Source: a virus (taxonomy: Duplodnaviria; Caudoviricetes). From it: DNA of 31,497 bases. The position numbers and the translations under genes are program-made. The DNA lies in IMG/VR virus record IMGVR_UViG_3300016675_000269, positions 1 to 31,497 of that record; one strand, 5' to 3'. Within the stretch, counting starts at the first letter, position 1; every line of letters begins with the position of its first letter. Below the pieces are notes generated by a model, which saw only the letters and a list, made by a program, of their open reading frames with translations, was not told the origin of the DNA and ran no database searches. Shown here in pieces: positions 9,682 through 18,193 of the stretch.

Positions 9682-9719
9682 TAAGAAAAGGGTGAACCCG
9701 TTGGTGCAGGTTCACCCTT
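9682..9719 (-). terminator. Intrinsic terminator-like hairpin
   Basis: 11-bp stem AAGGGTGAACC/GGTTCACCCTT ending in TTTTCTTAT on the minus strand, downstream of the terminase stop. Confidence 0.7.
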
Positions 9720-9725
9720 CAACGA

Positions 9726-9741
9726 TTGACATAAAATTGGG
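9726..9741 (-). promoter_or_regulatory. Conserved 16-bp motif CCCAATTTTATGTCAA, candidate late promoter (copy 1)
   Basis: Identical to 29554-29569. Intergenic, upstream of the portal/protease operon. Confidence 0.65.
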
Positions 9742-9752
9742 TAGAGGCCGTC

Positions 9753-12035
9753 TCAGATAAAGATGTTGCCGGATCTCCCGGCCACCAAAACTATCGAACG
9801 ATTCGTGCTCTGAGCCTTGTTTTGGGTAAGCACCAGCGGCAGCCGTTTATCCATATACTCCTTCACCTTTGGGTTAAACGTAGTGTAGGCAAGAAGCCAG
9901 AGAGAGCGGAAGATGTCGTCAGTGAAGCCTTCCCCTTTAGTGAGGGTGCCTCGCGACTCGCGGACGGTAGCCATCTGCAAGAACAAGTGAGAGACGGGAC
10001 AACCAAGGAGTTCAGTCTTGTAGTTTCGAACCGACATGATCTCTTCAGGAGTCTTCTCCAACATGGGCAGCTCTAGTGTTCCGTCCTCTACGGCCGACAG
10101 GATGGCCTTTATGTGACTTGCATTGAGACTTATCTGCTTTGCCTTCAACGCCTTAAGAGTGTCATCCTCAGCCGACTGCAGCAGATGGATGGAGTTCCAT
10201 CGGTCTGCCACGAGAAGCCCTACATTACGAGCTTTCAGGATCGGAAGTATGACGTTCTTGTAAGTCGCTGGGAAGTCGATGTAAGTCCCAGGCTTTGGTA
10301 CGATCTCCAGCACCGTCGGAACAATCAGTTTGGACCCGTCTCTATGACCTACGGTGATTGAGAAGGCGTTGTTTGCCAAGCCTGCGTCAATCGTGGCAAT
10401 ACTCGGGGGAATCTCCGTAACACTGGATTGAGAAACGGAGATAGCCTCGATGGCCTTAGCAACCGTACGTTCAGGCTCACCTTCTACGTAGACGATTGAG
10501 TGGGTATTCTGAATATGTGCCTTGAACAAGAAAGGTAAGCGAGTCTTGTCAAGAATACCTTGGTCTAGTTTAGGTGGATTGGCCCCGTAGTCCCGCTCGG
10601 CCTTAATGGCGTTTTTCTTGTAAGCCGAAACAATGATAGGGTGATCACGAGTATACATGGGATTGATTTCCCAAGTAGGCAGGCGAAGTCCAAGGGAAAG
10701 TGCCTCAGGAGAGTCGGAGTCCTTCAGAAGCCGAGAGATCTTATCTCGATCTGACTTTGGTGAGGAGATGTATAGGCCGATTCCAGTAGGTACGGTGCTG
10801 ATGTCCCGCTTATACAAGTTCAAGACCTCGCTTCGCACCGTCAGAAGACTCTTATCCAAGGCCTCGTAGACCTCGTCCCCGTTCGCATGCTCACGTTCGT
10901 CCTCTTCCTCTTCCTCGGGATTATCGGAAACCACAATCTTGTAAGGGAACCATCCGAGCTCGTCCACACTAGCCCATATGCGCGTGTCTCCGCGAAGTGT
11001 CCGCTTCTGAGGACCCATCGGGTAGTAGTCCAGGTTCTTGTGATAGTAGCGGTAGAACAAGCCACCCTCTTTATAGAACTCCTTTCCGTACTGATTACCG
11101 TAGTGTCTCAGCATGGCAAAGTAGTCGTCGAACCAGCTGGAGTGCTTGACGATCTCGGTGAAAGGGTTCCAGAGGAGTTTGATAGCACGTGCAGCCGTGA
11201 TACCTACGAAAGTTCCAGTCAAGGGTGTGAAGTCTTGAATACCCTTGCAAATAGTAGACAGTCGAGGGGATTTCAACATCCGGTGCTTGTGATAGCCTGC
11301 CACCGTAGCAGTGAACGAGGATTTACCGCCCCGTTGCCCGAAGACAAGAACACCTTGGTTGTAGTCGACGAGTTCGCCGCTCAAAACCATCTCGGCTTTC
11401 GACGATCCGCAGTAAGGGCAAACTCCGTTTTCGAGTAGAGCAACCTTCTTAGAAAGGTCTACAGGATCCATGTCGACAGGTACGTTGTTGATATCCAGCC
11501 ATTTAGGCTTAGTGCATCTCGGACAGAACTCCCCAAGAAGAGTGAACGCAACCCACAACTGGCGTGCGAACGGCAACTTGATTGCTTTTCCAGCTACGTT
11601 TGCGCAGAAGTCAAAATAGTTTGCTGCCAAAGGTAGATCGCGGTCGTCTACTTTCAAATCCCGCACCGAGTTGGTATGAGGATCGTAAGCGTCCTTCATT
11701 GCCTTCCAAATGAAGTTTGACAACTCTCCGTCTTCTTCTGCATCGTCGCTGGAACTGTTTTGCAAGGCTTCCAAGCGAGCCAGGCCGGCCTTAGTGGCTT
11801 TTGACCGGTCTACTCGATCCAGAGTCTTCTCGAGCCGCTTGGAGGCAGGCAGCTTAGAGTAGTCAACCGCGACGTCCTTCTCGTTTTCGGGTAGGAGCGG
11901 CAGCAGACCGAGTTCGTCCACGTGACCGATTTCCCTCAGGCGACTGAACTCCTGGCACTTGTAGCCCACCCCCTTCTTCGGATTTCGGCACAGAAGATAC
12001 TTTGAGCATCTCATGCAAGAGTCGGTTGAGCCCAT
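9753..12035 (-). CDS. terL: Terminase large subunit (~760 aa)
   Basis: Walker A VFGQRGGKS, Walker B IWASVDELG, coupling motif ISSP, RNase H-like nuclease motifs IDAG, VADRWNS and TDDIFRS. CPRC..CPYC insert. Start placed at ATG 12035 (or 12038) after GGAGG; not certain. Confidence 0.9.
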   Translation of the reverse strand: MGSTDSCMRCSKYLLCRNPKKGVGYKCQEFSRLREIGHVDELGLLPLLPENEKDVAVDYSKLPASKRLEKTLDRVDRSKATKAGLARLEALQNSSSDDAEEDGELSNFIWKAMKDAYDPHTNSVRDLKVDDRDLPLAANYFDFCANVAGKAIKLPFARQLWVAFTLLGEFCPRCTKPKWLDINNVPVDMDPVDLSKKVALLENGVCPYCGSSKAEMVLSGELVDYNQGVLVFGQRGGKSSFTATVAGYHKHRMLKSPRLSTICKGIQDFTPLTGTFVGITAARAIKLLWNPFTEIVKHSSWFDDYFAMLRHYGNQYGKEFYKEGGLFYRYYHKNLDYYPMGPQKRTLRGDTRIWASVDELGWFPYKIVVSDNPEEEEEDEREHANGDEVYEALDKSLLTVRSEVLNLYKRDISTVPTGIGLYISSPKSDRDKISRLLKDSDSPEALSLGLRLPTWEINPMYTRDHPIIVSAYKKNAIKAERDYGANPPKLDQGILDKTRLPFLFKAHIQNTHSIVYVEGEPERTVAKAIEAISVSQSSVTEIPPSIATIDAGLANNAFSITVGHRDGSKLIVPTVLEIVPKPGTYIDFPATYKNVILPILKARNVGLLVADRWNSIHLLQSAEDDTLKALKAKQISLNASHIKAILSAVEDGTLELPMLEKTPEEIMSVRNYKTELLGCPVSHLFLQMATVRESRGTLTKGEGFTDDIFRSLWLLAYTTFNPKVKEYMDKRLPLVLTQNKAQSTNRSIVLVAGRSGNIFI

Positions 12036-12537
12036 CATTACCTCCAAAATCTTGAGCGGCCACTCGTGAAAGATACAAAGCCGCCTCTTCCTCATTTAAC
12101 TGAAAGAAATTCTTTACGAATACCGTGATGCGAGATCTCATCGCCACCACTACATTCGAGTCCGCGTAGTTCAGAAGAGGTCTCATCTGAGGGTCTTCTT
12201 CTAAGGCAGTCCTCAGCACTGACTCTGCGTCTGCAGCTCCGTTGTAAAACGAGAGGGCAAACGGTGCAATCTGCTTGATAAAGAACTCTCGGACCTTGAC
12301 AATACCTGGTTCTAAGGTTGGGGGCAGCTGCTCTTTAAGAAGAGCCGCGCGCTCGAGAACCACGCCGTTAGTAGGAGAGGCTGCGAGCTCCGTCTTGCCG
12401 TTGTTCTGTACATCCTCCGAGCTTGGTGCCGTTACCAAGTTCGGAGGGTTTTGTTTGGAAGAGTGATGCCCCTCCAAGGTAACTAGAACTTTTCTTCTCG
12501 GTAAACTAACCCGAGGTGCTTTAGACTCTTCGCTCAT
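11863..12537 (-). CDS. Hypothetical protein directly upstream of terL (possible small terminase; 224 aa)
   Basis: ATGA-coupled to the preceding gene. Helical core with a basic disordered tail. The terS idea rests on position only. Confidence 0.55.
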   Translation of the reverse strand: MSEESKAPRVSLPRRKVLVTLEGHHSSKQNPPNLVTAPSSEDVQNNGKTELAASPTNGVVLERAALLKEQLPPTLEPGIVKVREFFIKQIAPFALSFYNGAADAESVLRTALEEDPQMRPLLNYADSNVVVAMRSRITVFVKNFFQLNEEEAALYLSRVAAQDFGGNDGLNRLLHEMLKVSSVPKSEEGGGLQVPGVQSPEGNRSRGRTRSAAAPTRKREGRRG

Positions 12538-13121
12538 ACTGCGGATAGAGGTTCTCCTGCCAAAGCAGGTGGGAGACCTTGGGCGGCTACGAACTCTTGA
12601 CCATATCGCAAGAACTGCAGAATTTCTGCGAGTCCTTTCTGGCTCTGAGCGAGGCTTACGCCTTCTTGCGCTTTGGCCTTCAGGATAAGACTCAGAGGCT
12701 CTGTGTTAGACTCCTCACTAACCCCGCCCGAAGTAAGAGGTGTGAAGAAGTGACCCGCTAGAATGCTTGTTGCGAAGAAGTGCTTGAACTGACGCAGAGC
12801 ATTCTCTTCTACGCCGGTCCAATTCGACGAGACTTTCTTCAGAAAGACCGAGGAATCGAGAAACGACAGGTCTTCGGAGGAGTAGTTAGGATTGCTACGC
12901 AAGCTCGCTTCTACATACTTTGCGTGGCGAACAGGGCGAATCAGGAGGTCACAGAGAATACCAAGCACGCCGTAGGGCAACGTGAGAGGGTGAAGAGACG
13001 GGTCGTCTTGAACAAAGATGTTTACTTGGCGGAAGTTCATAGGTATGGTCAGGCGGTGAGACTCTTTAAGGCGGAAGATTTCCGAGGATGGGATTTGGTT
13101 CATAGAGGCTCTCGAGTTCAT
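12534..13121 (-). CDS. Hypothetical protein (195 aa)
   Basis: ATGA overlaps at both ends. Confidence 0.7.
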   Translation of the reverse strand: MNSRASMNQIPSSEIFRLKESHRLTIPMNFRQVNIFVQDDPSLHPLTLPYGVLGILCDLLIRPVRHAKYVEASLRSNPNYSSEDLSFLDSSVFLKKVSSNWTGVEENALRQFKHFFATSILAGHFFTPLTSGGVSEESNTEPLSLILKAKAQEGVSLAQSQKGLAEILQFLRYGQEFVAAQGLPPALAGEPLSAV

Positions 13122-13297
13122 AGGTCTTCGCTCTCCAAAGGGAAGAGGCGGGAGGCCGACTCCTCGTTAACGAAAACGAGAATCTCGTCTATGGCGTCGG
13201 AGTCCAACCCTGACTGCTCCAGTAGGTCAAACGCCTCTGAGAACCGAGCTTTCCACTCCTCCGGAGTCATAGGCATAGTGGGCTTCTTGCTTGACAT
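13118..13297 (-). CDS. Small acidic hypothetical protein (59 aa; absent from the ORF track)
   Basis: Hand-translated as MSSKKPTMPMTPEEWKARFSEAFDLLEQSGLDSDAIDEILVFVNEESASRLFPLESEDL. SD GAGGAG. Its TGA overlaps the next ATG. Confidence 0.8.
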   Translation of the reverse strand: MSSKKPTMPMTPEEWKARFSEAFDLLEQSGLDSDAIDEILVFVNEESASRLFPLESEDL

Positions 13298-13309
13298 TGT
13301 CTAGACTCC

Positions 13310-14695
13310 TCATTCACTTAGGTCCGGCACGTAGTCAGAAGACTTACCGGACTCAGACGCTTTGACTTTGGAGGTCCCGCTACCCTGGCGACGAGCATTC
13401 TCCTTCTGCTCTTGGAAGCGTTCCAGCTCTTTCAACTCCGAAGGTTCCAGGTCGCTAACGCGCATCTTAGCGTAGTCACATTTCAGTGTGAAGGGGCGAG
13501 GGTCTTGGTTTCGAGATTTCAAGAGCTCGATGTTCAAGTAACCCTTTTCCTTTGTCTCTTTGGTAGCCACGAAGATCCAGGCCAGGTTGGCGTGTTCCTT
13601 GATGGTCTGCGAGTACTTGAGCTTACCCTCCTCGCTGACCTGTGCCAGTAGAACAACAACTTTCTTATGGCTCTCGGCGTAGATCTTACAGTAGCGAGCA
13701 ATCTGGCCGAGCTTTCGCCACTGGTCGTCTCCGTCAGCCCCTTTCAAAAGACCGATGTAGTCGATATAGATGAGATCACTGTTGAACGTGTGCAGAGAGG
13801 CCAGCAGCTCTTCCGCAGTCATGTCCTCTCGAGGCTTGAAGATAGTGAACCGACCACCGGCCGCTGCTGCGGCTTTGTCAAAGCGCCGCATCTTCCGATA
13901 GATCATGTCCCGCTCACCGTCAGCCACTCGCTGAAGGAAGATGTCCGTCGAGTTCACTCCGCTCAGAGAGGACAACGAACGGGACAGCATTTCTTCGCTG
14001 GTCATCTCAAGAGGAGCCAAGGCTGTCTTGTAGCCGATAGCGGCGTGATTCATATTCAGCTGGCCAGCTAGAATCGACTTACCACCACCTGAAGACCCCC
14101 CGATACAGACGAGGTTACCTCGAAAGAAACCACCGTTTCGTTCGTCCCAGGTCTTGAAACCAGTTGGAATGCAACGGTCGTCTTTTTGTTCGTACAAAAG
14201 CTCTTCGACGGCCTTGAGTACGTTTGAGTCCTTACCAATATGGATGACGTCAGCCTCGATACCACTCTTAGACTGCAGACGAACAAGTCGTCGTTGAACC
14301 AAGTCGACGACCTCGTCCACGTCTACTCGGTTCTTCTCTAGCTTTGCCAGCAGGCCTTTAGCCAGAGTGTAGAGCAGGCGGGTCTTTCTGTATGTGTTCA
14401 GCTGAGACATCAGCTGATCCGCCTGGATAAGAGTTCGAGGGGAGCTTTCTACGTTGCGAAGAAATTCGCGTGCAGAGGAGGAGAGCCCGAGGTCTTCACA
14501 CAGGAGCTTGAAATTCGGAGGCTCCCCTTTTGAGTCAAAGAGCTTTCGAATTCTTTGATAGGCTTCTATGGACTCCTCGTTGTAAAAGAAGGACTCGTCA
14601 ACGGCCCCCAGAAAACGACCTGCGATTTTGGGATCACGTGAGCACATGGCTCGCAGTGCGATACCCTCAGTTACAGAGTTAAACAGCTTTGCCAT
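13310..14695 (-). CDS. dnaB: DnaB-like (SF4) replicative DNA helicase (461 aa)
   Basis: PTGF..WD...GGF, Walker A GGSSGGGKS, H1a LEMTSEE, Walker B IYIDYIGLL, LLAQ and KSRN arginine finger. Confidence 0.93.
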   Translation of the reverse strand: MAKLFNSVTEGIALRAMCSRDPKIAGRFLGAVDESFFYNEESIEAYQRIRKLFDSKGEPPNFKLLCEDLGLSSSAREFLRNVESSPRTLIQADQLMSQLNTYRKTRLLYTLAKGLLAKLEKNRVDVDEVVDLVQRRLVRLQSKSGIEADVIHIGKDSNVLKAVEELLYEQKDDRCIPTGFKTWDERNGGFFRGNLVCIGGSSGGGKSILAGQLNMNHAAIGYKTALAPLEMTSEEMLSRSLSSLSGVNSTDIFLQRVADGERDMIYRKMRRFDKAAAAAGGRFTIFKPREDMTAEELLASLHTFNSDLIYIDYIGLLKGADGDDQWRKLGQIARYCKIYAESHKKVVVLLAQVSEEGKLKYSQTIKEHANLAWIFVATKETKEKGYLNIELLKSRNQDPRPFTLKCDYAKMRVSDLEPSELKELERFQEQKENARRQGSGTSKVKASESGKSSDYVPDLSE

Positions 14696-15285
14696 TAGAT
14701 GACCTCTACTCGACGTTTTATCACGCCTTGAGAGTGGAAGAATAAATTGTGGATCGGAGAGTAGAGCCTAGTTTTGAAGAAGGTTATCGGGTCCTCTCCG
14801 GCTACTACAACGATTCTTGGGATGTGTGTGTTCTTTTCCAACAGGTCTCGAGCTTTCTCGAGCTTAACCGCCGTCGAGTTTGGAGAGAGACCAGTCAGAA
14901 CCAGAAGCGAAGGCTCCTCTTGAAGGAATCGATTTTCAAAACCAGAATCCAACCTAGCCCAGAGAACCGTCGAGTAGCTGGCATGAACCTGATCCAGGTA
15001 GGCCTGTACCAACCAGGCAGCAAACATTTTAGCACGGGCGTCATCCGGCTCCGAACCTACCCCGTAGGCCAAGGGGGCCATAGGATTTTCCAGGAAACGA
15101 TTCAAGGATTCTTGCTGAACGGAAGCTTCGTACAGCCGTTCATGAATACGCTCACCCCCAACTCCGAAGGGTTGAGGGTCAAACCGGAAAGGCTGCGTCG
15201 CCCACACTGAACCTGGGATATCACACCCCCGTTGAAGAAAAAACTCACGGTGCTTGAGCTTAACTAGCAGCTTTGCAGCGCTCAT
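14695..15285 (-). CDS. Putative helicase loader / degenerate AAA+ (DnaC-like) protein (196 aa)
   Basis: TAATG-coupled to the helicase. The alpha/beta pattern YGVGSEPDDARAK..SLLVLTGL..PRIVVV resembles a P-loop domain with decayed Walker motifs. Function is inferred. Confidence 0.45.
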   Translation of the reverse strand: MSAAKLLVKLKHREFFLQRGCDIPGSVWATQPFRFDPQPFGVGGERIHERLYEASVQQESLNRFLENPMAPLAYGVGSEPDDARAKMFAAWLVQAYLDQVHASYSTVLWARLDSGFENRFLQEEPSLLVLTGLSPNSTAVKLEKARDLLEKNTHIPRIVVVAGEDPITFFKTRLYSPIHNLFFHSQGVIKRRVEVI

Positions 15286-15297
15286 AGAAATCTTCCT

Positions 15298-15337
15298 AAA
15301 AACTGGGGTATTTGAGACCTCCGGTCCAATACCCCTA
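15298..15337 (-). terminator. Intrinsic terminator-like hairpin immediately before the loader RBS
   Basis: Minus strand reads GGGGTATT-GGACC-GGA-GGTCT-CA-AATACCCC-AG-TTTTT. Confidence 0.6.
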
Positions 15338-15361
15338 GTAACCCATAAAACCCTGTATAGG

Positions 15362-15395
15362 ACCCCACCCAGGAGTAACTGGGTGGGGTGGTTTT
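15362..15395. terminator. Perfect 11-bp GC-rich hairpin; T tract on the plus strand
   Basis: ACCCCACCCAG-gagtaa-CTGGGTGGGGT followed by GGTTTT on the plus strand. Confidence 0.55.
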
Positions 15396-15525
15396 AGCCT
15401 TGAGACTGGTAGACCCAGCACGGAACGGACGCGTAGTGTACTCAAAAGGCAAGGCGGAGCCAGGGTTCAGATAGTAGACTCGGCAAGCTCAGAGATCTGT
15501 TGATTTACAGACATTTGAAATTCCT

Positions 15526-18180
15526 TTAAGCTACAGGTTTCTTACCCGTGTTAACCGACCATGCGAAACGCGCACCCGACCCACCTGGAGCCACGTCTAC
15601 GTTGATAACGAACGCGGTGTCAGCCGAAGGTGAAACCCAGTAGCGGGCAGCCGATCCTAGAGAGGTCACCGGAGTAACTGACACTTGCGGGAGGCTTGCT
15701 TCAGTCGCATCAACCAGTCGGACGTTTGCATTGTGAGTCACTGTGACCGTTGTTGCGGCGGCACCAATGGTAGCGATGCCTCCACGCGTGGTTACCAAGC
15801 CTTGGTTGTTGGAAATGTCGTAAGCTGTTGCCGTCGTATTGAAGTTTCCGTTCAAAGAAGTGGCCATTCCAGAGCAGTCGTTTCCACTGATCTCGACGTG
15901 ACTGCAGTTCGCAGCGGAACCCGATGCAAAAATTCGAGACCCGTTGTTGGCAGCAGCTTCCGTGAACCGGCAACCTCTCAGTCGAACCGAGCTAACTCCA
16001 GTGCTCACGAATACTCCAATGGCACTAGCACCCATGTTGAGAACGTCAAGATCTGCAACGACAGTGTTTGGAGAGTTGATAACAACCACAGGGTTTCCTG
16101 TGCCTCCTCGAAGGACTCCGCGCTTCTCTCCACCCACGACGCCACAGGAGTCAGAGTTCTCGATCAGAACGCCTCCAAGAGCAGGAAGAGCGTCACAAAC
16201 CGGGATGACATCACACCGCACGGAGTTGCGGATTGTTCCGAATCGGAATCGAGTTGCGGCTCCAGTGGTGTCAACGATACGAGCGGCCAAATCAATTTTG
16301 CAGTCGGTAGCATAATTGATGAAGGCGCCGATAGGGTTGTTACCATCGTGAGCGATCGAACCTACGTCAAGGGTTGCGTCAATTCGAATGTCCCGAAGGT
16401 CGTTAGCGTTCTGGCCGGTAGCCCGAGTGTCCAGGATGCTAACACCACCGTTACGCAAGATTCCGCAGCGACCCGTGATACCGATCATACGAGCACCGAT
16501 GATTTGACCACGGAAAGTGCCGCCGTTGATGTTGATACCTCGATAGGCCTTGACAGCACCTCGCGAGCTCTCAACAGTACAACCAATGGCTACGACTCGA
16601 GTCAGAGGCTCATCGTCCCACTTATCGGTTGCGGACCCGTCCCCGTCGATGCCGTAGACGAGAGGATCGTCACCTGCCTGGAAGTGGCCGCCGATGATCT
16701 GAATGTCTTGGCCCCAGCCGACGTGCATACCGTCTTGATAAAGGATAGCGTCTGCAATGTTGCCAGTGCTAATGCGACTGCTGCAGTTGATAGCCCGGAT
16801 TCGACGGCCAGCAAGGCAGAAAGCCCAGGACCCTGTGGATTCTGTCGGAGTGTGGATGACACTGACATTATCAAGAACCAAGTCTTCAATGCTGGTCAGC
16901 CGTACGCAGTGGGCTGGGCAGTAGAAGCCGTTTTTGTTGAACGTTACATCGGAGATTCGGATGTTTCGGTACTTACCGTAATAGGTATTTCCAGGTTGCA
17001 ATTCGTCGATGGTACGACACATTGCATTGCTGGGGATGTCAAAGGCTGCGCGAGGTTTCCGGATCTCGCAACCTTGGAAGTCTAGCCAAACGTTCGACAG
17101 TGGATTGACGTAGTCAGCAGAATAGATTGCTCCTGGTTCAAAAACAACTCGCACATACACACCCGTGCGCAGACCGGATCCCGCCAGAGAAGCAGCTGCA
17201 ATGCAAGAAGCGATATGCGCAGTGTCATTGCCACCAGAAGGCTTACCTACGTAGATAGAGGACGAGCTCTCTACTTGAAGACCCGAGCGGATAACTAAAG
17301 CTACAGGGTTATTGTTGGCATCCAAGCGCGCAAAAACAGGCTCGTGCCCGGCCAGAGTCTCTACTCGTGCGTCTATCTCTTGACCCAGAGCGTTGTAGTT
17401 GTTGTAAAGAGTGACGACCGAGGATTGGAGGCTAACCAACGCTGTGGTCATCGCAGCCAGGTCTCGGTCGATAACGATATCTACCCAGTCTTCTTCGTTG
17501 GTCGTACCTTTCGAGAAGAAGAGCCGACCATCCGTCGCATTCAGAACGAACACTCCCGCTTTCGAAGGTGCACCGGCAGGATCAGCGCTCGTAACTGTGA
17601 TAGTCGCGACGGGCAGGGTGTTGCCACCAGCCACCAGATCCTGGTTCGCGGTATTCAAGAAAACAGGAGAGCGGCCGTCTTGGTTCTTTACGAACAACTC
17701 GCCGTGGGCATTCGTGTCCTGTTCATGAGCCAGCTGACGCTGATGAAGTTGAAGAACTTCATTCTGCGTAGCGATAATGGCCGAAGCCATAGAGGCCAAG
17801 TCGCCGTCAGTAACCAGCTCGACCCAGTCGTCTGCGGTATTACCTGCGGAATAGAAGAGGCGCTTATCTACAGAGTTCAGAACCAGGAGGCCCAGCTTGG
17901 AGGGGACTCCACTAGGGTCTGTGGCCAGGACTTCCACATCGCCGGAGAGGGTGTTTCCAGCCTGGTCGGTCACCAAGCCATTAGCGCCAACAACAGCGAA
18001 GGCGACGTTCTCGAGAACGCCAGGAGCAGTCTCGCGAGTGAACTTGAGAGCGCGTTCTGTAGTATTAAACCAGGTACGCGATCGCTGAGTTGGTGCAGGG
18101 TCCGTAGCCAGCTCTTCTACGCGAAGCTTTTCGATGGTAGAACCACCAACGAGCTCAATGCCGTGAATTTTGTTTGACAT
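15526..18180 (-). CDS. Tailspike / polysaccharide depolymerase with right-handed beta-helix (884 aa)
   Basis: N-terminal virion-binding segment (LATDP..WFNTT..LKF) and duplicated linker. Helix cap GGNDTAHIASCIAAA..VVFEPGAIY. GH28/pectate-lyase-like QDGMHV..IQIIGGHFQAGDD. Asn/Gly/Ile-rich coils and a C-terminal beta-sandwich. Confidence 0.85.
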   Translation of the reverse strand: MSNKIHGIELVGGSTIEKLRVEELATDPAPTQRSRTWFNTTERALKFTRETAPGVLENVAFAVVGANGLVTDQAGNTLSGDVEVLATDPSGVPSKLGLLVLNSVDKRLFYSAGNTADDWVELVTDGDLASMASAIIATQNEVLQLHQRQLAHEQDTNAHGELFVKNQDGRSPVFLNTANQDLVAGGNTLPVATITVTSADPAGAPSKAGVFVLNATDGRLFFSKGTTNEEDWVDIVIDRDLAAMTTALVSLQSSVVTLYNNYNALGQEIDARVETLAGHEPVFARLDANNNPVALVIRSGLQVESSSSIYVGKPSGGNDTAHIASCIAAASLAGSGLRTGVYVRVVFEPGAIYSADYVNPLSNVWLDFQGCEIRKPRAAFDIPSNAMCRTIDELQPGNTYYGKYRNIRISDVTFNKNGFYCPAHCVRLTSIEDLVLDNVSVIHTPTESTGSWAFCLAGRRIRAINCSSRISTGNIADAILYQDGMHVGWGQDIQIIGGHFQAGDDPLVYGIDGDGSATDKWDDEPLTRVVAIGCTVESSRGAVKAYRGININGGTFRGQIIGARMIGITGRCGILRNGGVSILDTRATGQNANDLRDIRIDATLDVGSIAHDGNNPIGAFINYATDCKIDLAARIVDTTGAATRFRFGTIRNSVRCDVIPVCDALPALGGVLIENSDSCGVVGGEKRGVLRGGTGNPVVVINSPNTVVADLDVLNMGASAIGVFVSTGVSSVRLRGCRFTEAAANNGSRIFASGSAANCSHVEISGNDCSGMATSLNGNFNTTATAYDISNNQGLVTTRGGIATIGAAATTVTVTHNANVRLVDATEASLPQVSVTPVTSLGSAARYWVSPSADTAFVINVDVAPGGSGARFAWSVNTGKKPVA
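17415..17935 (-). repeat. Duplicated ~60-aa module in the tailspike N-terminal region
   Basis: DPSGVPSKLGLLVLNSVDKRLFYSAGNTADDWVELVTDGDLASM versus DPAGAPSKAGVFVLNATDGRLFFSKGTTNEEDWVDIVIDRDLAAM. Boundaries approximate. Confidence 0.9.
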
Positions 18181-18193
18181 GTCTTTTCACCTA

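Noticed and set aside
15685-18177. Long plus-strand ORFs (466 aa and 277 aa) opposite the tailspike
   Set aside because: Antisense shadows of a codon-biased gene; no protein motif, and the minus-strand product is clearly recognisable.
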